Part shown: in pieces, positions 7,849 through 15,649 of the stretch
Layout of the letters: each line of letters starts with the position of its first letter
How positions within the stretch are numbered: position 1 is the first letter of the stretch
Assembly: GCA_043826455.1 (NCBI GenBank)
Contig: JBDRQD010000068.1
Coordinates: 1-30,499, forward strand
Length of the DNA: 30,499 bases
From: Candidatus Bathyarchaeota archaeon
GTDB lineage: Archaea > Thermoproteota > Bathyarchaeia > TCS64
Direction: 5' to 3'
Notes under the pieces: generated by a model
The model's database searches: none
What the model was told of the DNA's origin: nothing
Seen by the model: only the letters and a program-made list of their open reading frames with translations
Translations under genes and position numbers: made by a program

Positions 7849-8574
7849 TCAACCTACGCTGGTGACTATGGTCGTCCAGGGCGCGTTCATCTTCTGGTCG
7901 TATAGCTTCAGGTGATCCACGGCGTCGCTCAGGAGGAACGTGTTGTGTCCCGGGTACAGCCTGTCGGGCCGGAGCTCCAGCATCCTCTTAATAGACATCT
8001 TCCAGTCGTCGAGGTCGAAGCCGGGGCCGTTGATGAACCCCAGGCGCCCGCTGGCCCCCGCCACGTCGCCGCAGAAGAGGCTCAGTTTGCCGTCCCTCTC
8101 CTTCATCAACAGAGAAATGCAGCCGGGTGTGTGGCCGGGAGTGTGTACGACTCTGAGGGACGCGTCACCTACCTGGAATTTGTCCCCGTCCTTCAAGGTG
8201 ACGTCCACGTCCACTGCCTTGAAGCTGAGGCCCCTCTCCAAGGCCATGCCGTACAGGCTGTTCTCGTCCAGCTCCGTTATGCTCCGCCTGTCGGCCTCGT
8301 GGGCGGCTATCCTGCACCCTGTGGCTTGTTTGATCTCATAGTTGCCCCCTATGTGGTCGAAGTGGCTGTGGGTGTTGAAGGCCACTGTGATCGTGTCGGG
8401 GTTGAGACCCATTCTCTTGACGTTGCCCAGTATGTCCCTGGCGCCTAAGCCTCCGCCTGTGTCGATCAAGGCCAGAGCGTCTCCTCCGTCCACCAGATAC
8501 ACGTTGCAGTCCCCGGACGCCGAGTAGCCGAAGCCCGCACCGCCCACCAGGTAGACCTGATCAGTTATCTTCAT
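7849..8574 (-). CDS. Metallo-beta-lactamase-fold hydrolase
   Basis: LIDTG, THSHFDHIGG (HxHxDH), HTPGHT, GD, PGH; 4 bp upstream of nucS, so probably co-transcribed. Confidence 0.92.
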   Translation of the reverse strand: MKITDQVYLVGGAGFGYSASGDCNVYLVDGGDALALIDTGGGLGARDILGNVKRMGLNPDTITVAFNTHSHFDHIGGNYEIKQATGCRIAAHEADRRSITELDENSLYGMALERGLSFKAVDVDVTLKDGDKFQVGDASLRVVHTPGHTPGCISLLMKERDGKLSLFCGDVAGASGRLGFINGPGFDLDDWKMSIKRMLELRPDRLYPGHNTFLLSDAVDHLKLYDQKMNAPWTTIVTSVG

Positions 8575-8805
8575 AAGACCAAGGAAACCATGAGCGAAGA
8601 GGCTTTTATTTGATTCGACGGCCGTGGGCCCTGATCCCCCTCCTCGGGGGTTATGGCCGGGGTTTCTATCCGTTCTGTGTGATCGATGCTTCGATCCCCC
8701 CTCTTCGGCCGTCTATGGGTTGACATGATCTTTGCACGCCGTATTGCATGGCTGTGTAAGATCGAGGTAACTTCGAAGGGTTTTTGTGGGGCCTTATTAA
8801 AAATA

Positions 8806-8823
8806 TACCTTCAAGATTATGGA
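8806..8823. repeat. Motif C copy 2: TACCTTCAAGATTATGGA
   Basis: Exact 18-bp match to 2510-2527. Confidence 0.75.
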
Positions 8824-9334
8824 TACGAGTTGTAACCTAAATAAGTTAGCGTGGATAAAACTATCTTATTCAGCTTATTTGGACGTTCCTCTGTTTTGTT
8901 CGGCGTCCTGTAGCCTGCAGGACCCTGATAGGCGTCGCCAGCCTCGGCTGGGGGTGAGCATCCAGTCTAATGATAAAAATATTCACCATTATATAGTCCC
9001 CCCCTACGTTTTTTGCACATCAACCCTCGTTGCCCTGTGCTTGATGTGATGAATGTGCCGTATTTTTGTATGGTATGAACAGCGCTTTTTCATAGATTCA
9101 TGCGCCGTCGGACCGGTTCTGTGGCTCCTTTTGGTGTGGGGCGTCCGTTTCCAGTCTATCTCGCTCTACCCCCCTCCCCCCTCTCTGCGGCTCCGGGTGC
9201 TGGCTGGATGCTTACCCGTCCGTGTCCTCATCCGTATCGCTTATTCAGTCTAGGACGTATGAGGCGGAAAAAGGTTTAACGTCTCTTTAGATTAACTTAC
9301 CTAAGAAAAGGGGAGAGCGCGGCTCCGTCTTTGG

Positions 9335-9505
9335 CTACTCCTTGAACTGGGCCTTGAAGTCGGCGTCCATCTCAGGGTAGTGCTTCTTGTTAAACTCGTC
9401 CAGCTTCTCGGGGTGAGTGAGTTTGACGTGGAAGCGTACTCCGCCAGGGCTCGCCGATTTCCTGTCACAGTATGGACACTTAAACTCCGTTAGCTGAGCA
9501 CCCAA
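9335..9505 (-). CDS. Small C2H2 zinc-finger protein (~56 aa)
   Basis: FKCPYC-x12-HVKLTH (C-x2-C-x12-H-x4-H). Likely start is TTG at 9505, since the extension to 9571 reads through AT-rich promoter-like DNA. Confidence 0.75.
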   Translation of the reverse strand: MGAQLTEFKCPYCDRKSASPGGVRFHVKLTHPEKLDEFNKKHYPEMDADFKAQFKE

Positions 9506-9600
9506 AATTTGACACTCCACATAATTATAGTATTTATGATTATAATAGTTTTTACTGTTAGCTTGTTTCACTCACAGGTTTAGAGCACATTTTGTGTTCA

Positions 9601-9616
9601 CTTACCCTAGGGTAAA
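9601..9616. repeat. Motif B copy 3: CTTACCCTAGGGTAAA
   Basis: 15/16 match to copy 1; ~40 bp downstream of the MFS stop. Confidence 0.75.
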
Positions 9617-9652
9617 CCTGTTAAAAGATCACTGAAAAACAGCCTTGGGCGC

Positions 9653-10939
9653 TCATACCTCAGCATCCTTTGGCTCCTCAACAAAAACCATAAAGAGGAG
9701 CCCGATCACGGCGAGGGCCCCAGACAGGATCACCCAGGGTAGCGCATTATCATACCTGTAAAGGTAGCCGCTCAGGAAGGTCCCTAGGGTCTGCATGGAC
9801 ATGCCCAGGACCCCGCTTCCCCATGCCCCCCTCATGAGCCACAATCCGCCGCCCCCAATGGAGGCCATGATCCTCCCCCTCTTTGCTCGGGGCGTCATGT
9901 CCGCGAACAGGCTCTGGAAGGCCGGGTTCATGAAGGCGTTGGTGAGAGTGGTGAAGGCCGCGAGGACCACGACCTGGGTGAAGGTCTGGCAGCGGAGGAA
10001 GAGGAAGCACTGGGCGGAACCCAGGAGCATGCACAGGCCGGCGATGTGCTTCTTGCTGAACCTGTCCACGACGCTTCCCGCGGGTATTCCCAGAACCACG
10101 CTAACCAGGCCACTCACCAGCATCACCTCACCCCACTGCCTGACGGTGAGCCCTATGATCTCGGTGGCCCTCACTACCCAGAAGCTGCTGGTGAGGGACG
10201 CGAAGAACACGGACACGGAGACCAAGAAGGAAAGCACGTACAGCCTCCGAGGGACCTCCCCTAGGACCCCGAAAACGCTCCTGTAGGCGTCAACTATGAG
10301 CCGGGGCGTCTTCCCTAGGGTGAAATCCAACCTGTTGGGGTTCTCCACGGTCTCCTTCAGGTACCTGAGCCGGAAGAAGGCGACGCCTGACGCGATGAAG
10401 AAGCTGCTCAGGTAAAGCCCGTGCATGGCCCGGCTCATGCCTATGGTCTCTATGAGCCAGCCTCCGATGAAGGGGGCCGCGATGCCGAAGGCGCTGGGTA
10501 TGGCCATGGTGGCCGCGAAGCCTATGCCCCTCTGCTGGGGCGGGATGCTGTCGGCGATGAGCGCCGACCTGGCGGGGAAGTAAAAGGTGACCAGGCTCTG
10601 GACGAACATGCCCACGGCGAGCCACTGCCACGTGTTGGTGAAGGCGGGTATGAGAAACGCTGCCCCGTAGGCGAATGTCATGTAGCCGATGAGCTTGATC
10701 CTGCCCTGGAAGTCGGCAATGTAGCCGCCCAACGGGTAGAGGATGAGGCTGGCCAGGCTCCCCACAGCCATGATGACGCCTATTGTTTCGTAGTCTCCCC
10801 CCAGACTCAGGACGTAAAGCGACAGGAAAGGCCATATGATGTCGATGGTGGTTCTCCAGACGCACTCGCACACCGTCATGACGAGGACATTGCCCTTCAT
10901 GAAGCTGAACACGTCTCTGACGGTTTCCAAGGCCCCCAC
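9653..10939 (-). CDS. Major facilitator superfamily transporter
   Basis: About 12 hydrophobic segments; motif A GGYIADFQGRI and its repeat GSVVDRFSKK; ADSIPPQQRG / ADMTPRAKRG. Confidence 0.92.
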   Translation of the reverse strand: MGALETVRDVFSFMKGNVLVMTVCECVWRTTIDIIWPFLSLYVLSLGGDYETIGVIMAVGSLASLILYPLGGYIADFQGRIKLIGYMTFAYGAAFLIPAFTNTWQWLAVGMFVQSLVTFYFPARSALIADSIPPQQRGIGFAATMAIPSAFGIAAPFIGGWLIETIGMSRAMHGLYLSSFFIASGVAFFRLRYLKETVENPNRLDFTLGKTPRLIVDAYRSVFGVLGEVPRRLYVLSFLVSVSVFFASLTSSFWVVRATEIIGLTVRQWGEVMLVSGLVSVVLGIPAGSVVDRFSKKHIAGLCMLLGSAQCFLFLRCQTFTQVVVLAAFTTLTNAFMNPAFQSLFADMTPRAKRGRIMASIGGGGLWLMRGAWGSGVLGMSMQTLGTFLSGYLYRYDNALPWVILSGALAVIGLLFMVFVEEPKDAEV

Positions 10940-11032
10940 CAGAAAATATGCCCCATAGGTGTTTCATGTGCTTTAAAACTCATCGGGGCCGTGCACCTTT
11001 TTAGTATCCACACGTATTTTCAGTTGAGTGAA

Positions 11033-11401
11033 ATGAGCGCGAAGAACAACAAGGTCACCTGGATCACTTGCCCGGACTGCGGAGCCAAGATAGGCGTGGT
11101 TCTCTCGGTGGGTAAGGTGGCGGTCGCCCCAGCAGCCGCCTACGCAGCAGCCGCTGAGCCCCTGGAGGCTGAGGCTGAGTGGCCCCCCCAGCAGGACTTC
11201 AGAGCCAAGCTGGAGGCCGCGGGCGTGGACCTCGCGCTCGTGGACGTGGAAGAGGAAGGCGCCATGGTCTCCGTCAGCCCAAAGAAGTTCCTAGGAGACC
11301 TGTGGGGGCCTATAAACGACGCCATCAAGACCCTGGGCGGTAACTGGGTGCGCGACGGCAGGAACAGCCGCTGGGAGATCAGCCCTGAGCCTGAGGCCTA
11401 A
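11033..11401 (+). CDS. Hypothetical protein (122 aa) with N-terminal CPDC, Ala-rich linker and small C-terminal alpha/beta domain
   Basis: ATG at 11033 after an AT-rich intergenic region, with GC3-rich codons like neighbouring genes. The upstream part of the 10421 ORF is antisense to the MFS gene. Confidence 0.75.
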   Translation: MSAKNNKVTWITCPDCGAKIGVVLSVGKVAVAPAAAYAAAAEPLEAEAEWPPQQDFRAKLEAAGVDLALVDVEEEGAMVSVSPKKFLGDLWGPINDAIKTLGGNWVRDGRNSRWEISPEPEA

Positions 11402-11613
11402 AGGCTGCCCAATATCTCGGAGGCAACTTCCTTCGCCCACTGCCCCGTCCCCGGAGCTTTGGTAACCTTCTTCAGGTACTCGGCCCAGCTCAGCCCCAGG
11501 GCGTACCTCCACTGCGGGTAGGCTTTCTCCAGGTTACTGTAAGCCTGGAGGTGCTGCATGCAGTAAGCTGAGCCCTCCACCGCGGCTCTCACACAGACTC
11601 TGCACGCGTTCAT
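11398..11613 (-). CDS. Small Cys/His protein (71 aa) translationally coupled to topA
   Basis: C-x2-C-x10-C-x2-H followed by a Trp-rich helical part; ATGA overlap with the topA stop. Confidence 0.75.
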   Translation of the reverse strand: MNACRVCVRAAVEGSAYCMQHLQAYSNLEKAYPQWRYALGLSWAEYLKKVTKAPGTGQWAKEVASEILGSL

Positions 11614-13667
11614 TTACCGGCCTCCTTTGAGGGGCACCCTGGGTTGATGCAGAGCTCCATCGGCTTCCTCCGGAAATACAGCTTGACTACCGGTGAGCCG
11701 CAGACGCTACACTGCTTCCCTGTGGGGTGTATCCTCTTTTTCTGCGGTAACCCGTACCTCTGCCTACACTCCGGGTTCGAGCACGAGGCGTACACGGCCC
11801 CCGTCTTGGAGTTACGCCCCAATAGTATATCCCCGGCCTTACAGGTCGGGCACCTGCCCAAGTAGTCCTCGCCTCGCCTTATCTCGGTCAGTGTCCGGGA
11901 CAGCTCTGAGCCTATCTGTTTCTCGTTCATCTTGAACTTGGCCAGGATGGGTTTAAGCTCCTCGACGGCTTCAGCTACAACCTTCTCGGCTTCCACGTCG
12001 CCCGTCTGGATGCCCTCCAAGTCCATCTCCAGGCCCCGTGTCATCTCCACGGAGAGAATCTCGGGGCAGTACCTCTCAAGGGTCTCCACTATGCCGTAGC
12101 CCAGGTCGGTTACCCTGATGCTCGCCCCCTCTATGTAGCCCCTCCTCGCCAGGGTGTCTATTATGGTTGTCCTGGTGGCCTTGGTGCCTATGCCCTCGTT
12201 CTCCATCAGCCTAAGCAGGCTGCTGGCGTTGAACCTGGGCGGCGGCTTAGTGTAGCTCTTCCTTGTGGACAGCTTGTTGACGGGCACCTCCTGGCCGGCC
12301 TGAAGCTCCGGCAGACGCTGGTCCTCTTTCCTCACGTACGGGTAGTGGTCCATCCAGCCCCTCTGGGTGGTCACGCTGCCCCTCAGGCGGAACAGGTGTC
12401 CGTTGACGTCCACGTCCACGGTCACGTTATCGGTGATGGCCAGCTCTGCGAGGCAGGCCAGGAACCGCCTCGTGACCAAGTCGTAAACCTTCTTCTCCTG
12501 GTCTCCCAGTCTCCTGGGGGTCGCCCCGGTGGGGTGGATGGCGGGGTGGGCCGGGTCATCCTTCTTACCCTGCCTGGGCTTGAGCCTCTTCCTCGTCAGC
12601 AGAGCCTCAGCTTCCTTGGCATAGTCAGGGTTTGCCCTGAGCTTGCCTAGAATCTCCTTAACATCGATGGAAGGGGGCAGCCTCTGGCTGCTGGTGCGCG
12701 GGTAGCTGATGTAGGCTCCGAGGTACAACTTCTCGGCCGCTGCCAGGGTGGCCGCGGGGCTCATCCGGTGAACCCTGTAGGCCTCTCTCTGGAGGTCACC
12801 CAGGTTGAAGGGGGGAGGCGGCGGCCTCTTCTCCGTCTCCTTATGAACGCCTGTGACCGTGCCTGTTCTGCCTCTGCAGGCTGAGGTCAGCTCCTTAGCC
12901 TGCCCCTCTCCATCAAGCCGGGGCTTCTCGTACTCCAGCTGGTACGTCTCCCCGTCTATCTCTGTCTCCGCGGACACCCTCCAGTACGGGACCGGGACGA
13001 AGCTGTTGATCTCGTCCTCACGCTGCTTGACGAAGCCCAGAGTGGGGCCCTGGACCCTGCCTATGCTCAGGGTCCTGGAGCGGCCAGAGGCGTTCCTGAC
13101 GGAGAGGGTGAGGGCCCTGCTGAGATTGATGCCGTAGAGCCAGTCCGTCTCGTGCCTGGCCTTACCCGCGGCTATGACGGGGTAGTCCAGCGACACTGAG
13201 CGGCTCTCCCACGACGTGTTCAGGTCCTCCCGCGTCAGGGTGCTGTAGAGCATTCTCCCCGCCTTGGCAAGGGAGTGGTCGCCCACGGCGTACCTCAGCA
13301 CGTTGTAGGCTATGAGGCTGCCCTCAATGTCGTAGTCGCAGGCACTGACATACCCTGAGGCGCCCTCAGCGAGAAGCCTGAAGGCCTTGATGTGGGCCCC
13401 TGCCCTGTCGCGGCCCCTGGACGCCTGGTGAGCAGGCACCCATTTCATGTCGTATACTGGGTAGCTCCAACCTCCGCCGTCCTGAGCTATGGAGTACAGG
13501 TGCCCCAGCGCTGAAGCCACGATAAGCTGGGTGTCGCCCCGAGACGCGACATAGAAAGACACGTCCCCTATCTTACCTGTCTCTGGTCTTCCTTCAAGGT
13601 CCAGCGCCTGGGCTATCCTCCTGGCTGAGCTCGGCTTCTCTGTGACCACCAGTATCCTATCAGGCAA
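11610..13667 (-). CDS. topA: DNA topoisomerase I (type IA)
   Basis: TOPRIM VTEKPS, GHLY, ACDYDIEG, SIGRVQGPTL, catalytic ISYPRT, AHPAIHPT, GIGTKATR, C-terminal Cys4 zinc ribbons. Confidence 0.96.
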   Translation of the reverse strand: MPDRILVVTEKPSSARRIAQALDLEGRPETGKIGDVSFYVASRGDTQLIVASALGHLYSIAQDGGGWSYPVYDMKWVPAHQASRGRDRAGAHIKAFRLLAEGASGYVSACDYDIEGSLIAYNVLRYAVGDHSLAKAGRMLYSTLTREDLNTSWESRSVSLDYPVIAAGKARHETDWLYGINLSRALTLSVRNASGRSRTLSIGRVQGPTLGFVKQREDEINSFVPVPYWRVSAETEIDGETYQLEYEKPRLDGEGQAKELTSACRGRTGTVTGVHKETEKRPPPPPFNLGDLQREAYRVHRMSPAATLAAAEKLYLGAYISYPRTSSQRLPPSIDVKEILGKLRANPDYAKEAEALLTRKRLKPRQGKKDDPAHPAIHPTGATPRRLGDQEKKVYDLVTRRFLACLAELAITDNVTVDVDVNGHLFRLRGSVTTQRGWMDHYPYVRKEDQRLPELQAGQEVPVNKLSTRKSYTKPPPRFNASSLLRLMENEGIGTKATRTTIIDTLARRGYIEGASIRVTDLGYGIVETLERYCPEILSVEMTRGLEMDLEGIQTGDVEAEKVVAEAVEELKPILAKFKMNEKQIGSELSRTLTEIRRGEDYLGRCPTCKAGDILLGRNSKTGAVYASCSNPECRQRYGLPQKKRIHPTGKQCSVCGSPVVKLYFRRKPMELCINPGCPSKEAGK

Positions 13668-13810
13668 CCCAGTATACTATTGGGTGACCACGAATAATCC
13701 TTTACACTGCCCAGACGGTGAGCACCTGAAATCGTAAATTCCCAGCCACTAGGTACAAACACGCCCCACCCTTCACAACATATTTGAGAGCCCCGCACCC
13801 ATTGAAGGTG

Positions 13811-14356
13811 ATGCAGTCCTTCACCACAGTCCTCACAGAAGGAAAAGTCGTGGTCCCCTCACAGAGCGAAGCCGACAGCCTCATGAACGACGGCTACGGC
13901 ACCAGAGTGGCCGGCCTCCTCCTGCTAGAGCCCGCTGAGACGCTCTTCAACGTCGAGCGGGAAAAGATCACCGTGGTGGACGAGAAAACCAACAAGAGCA
14001 TAAGCTTCAGCGAGCTGCTCCGCGTATTCCTGGACACAGACCCGAAAACCTGGACCCGGTTCCTCGTCTACAGGGACCTGAGAACCAGGGGCTTCGTCGC
14101 GAAGAGGGACCCCAACGGCGTAACAGACCTAATTGTCTATGAACGCGGCGCCTTCAAGAAGGAGCCGCCCAGGATAAGGGTGGCAATAGTCTCCGAGGGC
14201 TCACCAGAGAACCTTGAAAGACTTCTCGGCCTGGCTCAGAGCATTGAAGATGAGGGCCGCCAGCTCAAGCTAGCCGTTGTTGACCGGAGGGGAGAGATGG
14301 TGTACTATAATCTCTCAGAGCGCAAGTTCGGCGACGTAGTCGACCAGCTCATCTAG
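13811..14356 (+). CDS. endA: tRNA-splicing endonuclease subunit, probably the non-catalytic structural (beta) subunit
   Basis: LEPAETLF, FLVYRDLRTRGF, VYERG, LAVVDRRGEMVYY. The G-x-K-F/Y-G motif and catalytic His/Lys are not recognisable. ATG at 13811 follows GAAGGTG. Confidence 0.82.
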   Translation: MQSFTTVLTEGKVVVPSQSEADSLMNDGYGTRVAGLLLLEPAETLFNVEREKITVVDEKTNKSISFSELLRVFLDTDPKTWTRFLVYRDLRTRGFVAKRDPNGVTDLIVYERGAFKKEPPRIRVAIVSEGSPENLERLLGLAQSIEDEGRQLKLAVVDRRGEMVYYNLSERKFGDVVDQLI

Positions 14357-15616
14357 CTTGACCTTCTCCTGGTCACCCGTCTTCATGTCCCTGACCGTCA
14401 CCTCGCCGCCGGCCAGGTCCTTCTCGCCCACAACGACGACCACGGGTATGTTCTTCTTGTCGGCGTACTCGAACTGCTTGCTGAGCCTCCGGCCCATCAT
14501 GTCTATGATCGTGGACACCCCCGCCATCCTCAGCGTCTGGGTGATCCTGATGGCGTCCAGCTTGACCGCTTCATTTACAGGAGCCACGTATACCTCGGCG
14601 CCCAGTGTAAGCTCTTTGAAGGCCCCCTTGGCGTCCAAAACGGGGGTAAGACGATCTATACCGAAGGATACACCCGTGGCCGGCGTCGGCTCGCCCCCGA
14701 AGAGCTGCACAATCTCATCGTATCTTCCTCCACCCGCGATGCTTCCATAATCCTCGTAGCCCTCAGCCAACACTTCGTACACTGCGCCGGTGTAGTAGTC
14801 GAGGCCCCGGGCCAGGCTCAGGTCCACGTTTATAAACTGGGCATAGCCGAAAGCTCCCGCGTACTCTACCAGGGATGAGAGCGCCTTACAGCCCTCCAAC
14901 CCCTCAGGGTACCTCTCCAGCAACGCTACTGCGGCGCCTATCACCTCTGACGGCTCTCCTTTGAGGTTCAGCATGTCCAGCAGCTTCATGCTGGCCTCGT
15001 CGTCCGGGGAGATGCCTCTCAGCTCCTCTATGACTCCGTCTCGGCCCACCTTCCCCAGCTTGTCCACGGCCCTGAAGGCGTCGAGGCTTCTCTCCTCGGG
15101 GATGCCGATCATGGATACAAAGGATTTGAGGATGCGCCTATCGTTAAGTTTGATGATGAAACCCTCGAAGCCAAGCTGCCTCAAGGCGTCCACAGCAGCC
15201 GCTAGCACCTCGGCGTCCGCTATGCTGTCCGCTACGCCGAAGATGTCCACGTCAGCCTGCCAGAACTCCCTGAACCGCTTCTCGGTGGGCCTCTCATACC
15301 TCCACACGGGGCCAATCATGTACCGCTTGAAGGGAAGCTGCAGCTCTCTATGGGTCGCCACCACGCGGACGGTGCTGGCGGTGTGCTCGAATCGCAGCGC
15401 CAGCTCACGGTCCGACTTGTCCTTGAAGGCGTACACCTGGTTCATTATGTCCTCCCCGCTCTTGATCCGGAGCATGTCGAGGTACTCGAAGGCCGGCGTG
15501 TCCAGCGGCTCGAAGCCGTAGGACTCGTAGACCTTCCGCACCGTGTCCACTACCCAGTTCTTCTTCATCTGGTCCTCCGGGAGGTAGTCACGGGTTCCGC
15601 GTGGTGGCTGGAACAT
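14315..15616 (-). CDS. hisS: Histidine--tRNA ligase
   Basis: PRGTRD, LALRFEHT, WRYERP...RFREFWQ, ARGLDYYTG, GGGRYD, C-terminal anticodon-binding domain. Confidence 0.97.
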   Translation of the reverse strand: MFQPPRGTRDYLPEDQMKKNWVVDTVRKVYESYGFEPLDTPAFEYLDMLRIKSGEDIMNQVYAFKDKSDRELALRFEHTASTVRVVATHRELQLPFKRYMIGPVWRYERPTEKRFREFWQADVDIFGVADSIADAEVLAAAVDALRQLGFEGFIIKLNDRRILKSFVSMIGIPEERSLDAFRAVDKLGKVGRDGVIEELRGISPDDEASMKLLDMLNLKGEPSEVIGAAVALLERYPEGLEGCKALSSLVEYAGAFGYAQFINVDLSLARGLDYYTGAVYEVLAEGYEDYGSIAGGGRYDEIVQLFGGEPTPATGVSFGIDRLTPVLDAKGAFKELTLGAEVYVAPVNEAVKLDAIRITQTLRMAGVSTIIDMMGRRLSKQFEYADKKNIPVVVVVGEKDLAGGEVTVRDMKTGDQEKVKLDELVDYVAELAL

Positions 15617-15649
15617 GGACGTGTAAATGATCAGGGGATTATGTATAGG

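Noticed and set aside
8681..8701. TTCGATCCCC looks like a tRNA T-loop
   Set aside because: No T-stem partner, D-arm, anticodon arm or acceptor stem can be built.
8898..8940. GTTCGGCGTCCTGTAGCC resembles the 5' Alu part of archaeal SRP RNA
   Set aside because: No helix-8 signature (CCAGG...GGAA...AGCA) downstream on either strand, so not called SRP RNA.
9046..9110. C-box-like GTGATGA (and ATGATGA at 29916-29922, minus strand) suggesting C/D sRNAs
   Set aside because: No CTGA D box at the expected ~50-nt distance.
8819..9253. ORFs 8819-9049 and 9053-9253 (+)
   Set aside because: No recognisable motifs, atypical composition and no clear RBS; likely spurious.
8575..9334. Possible replication origin (long gap, AT-rich patches, C/G-strings, GTTTCCAGT)
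   Set aside because: No complete ORB (TTCCAnTGGAAA plus correctly oriented G-string) and no adjacent orc1/cdc6 gene.
831..9616. CRISPR array or integron attC interpretation of the repeated motifs
   Set aside because: Repeats are kilobases apart with no regular spacers or cas genes, flanked genes are not co-oriented, and no integrase or GTTRRRY core pattern is visible.
10311..10325. TTCCCTAGGGTGAAA (also CCCTAGGG at ~9782 and ~28158) as extra motif B copies
   Set aside because: Inside coding sequence, only the 8-bp core matches well, and it is explained by Thr/Ala-Leu-Gly codons.
10421..11032. N-terminal 204 codons of the 326-aa + strand ORF
   Set aside because: Antisense shadow of the MFS gene plus intergenic DNA; the real gene starts at 11033.
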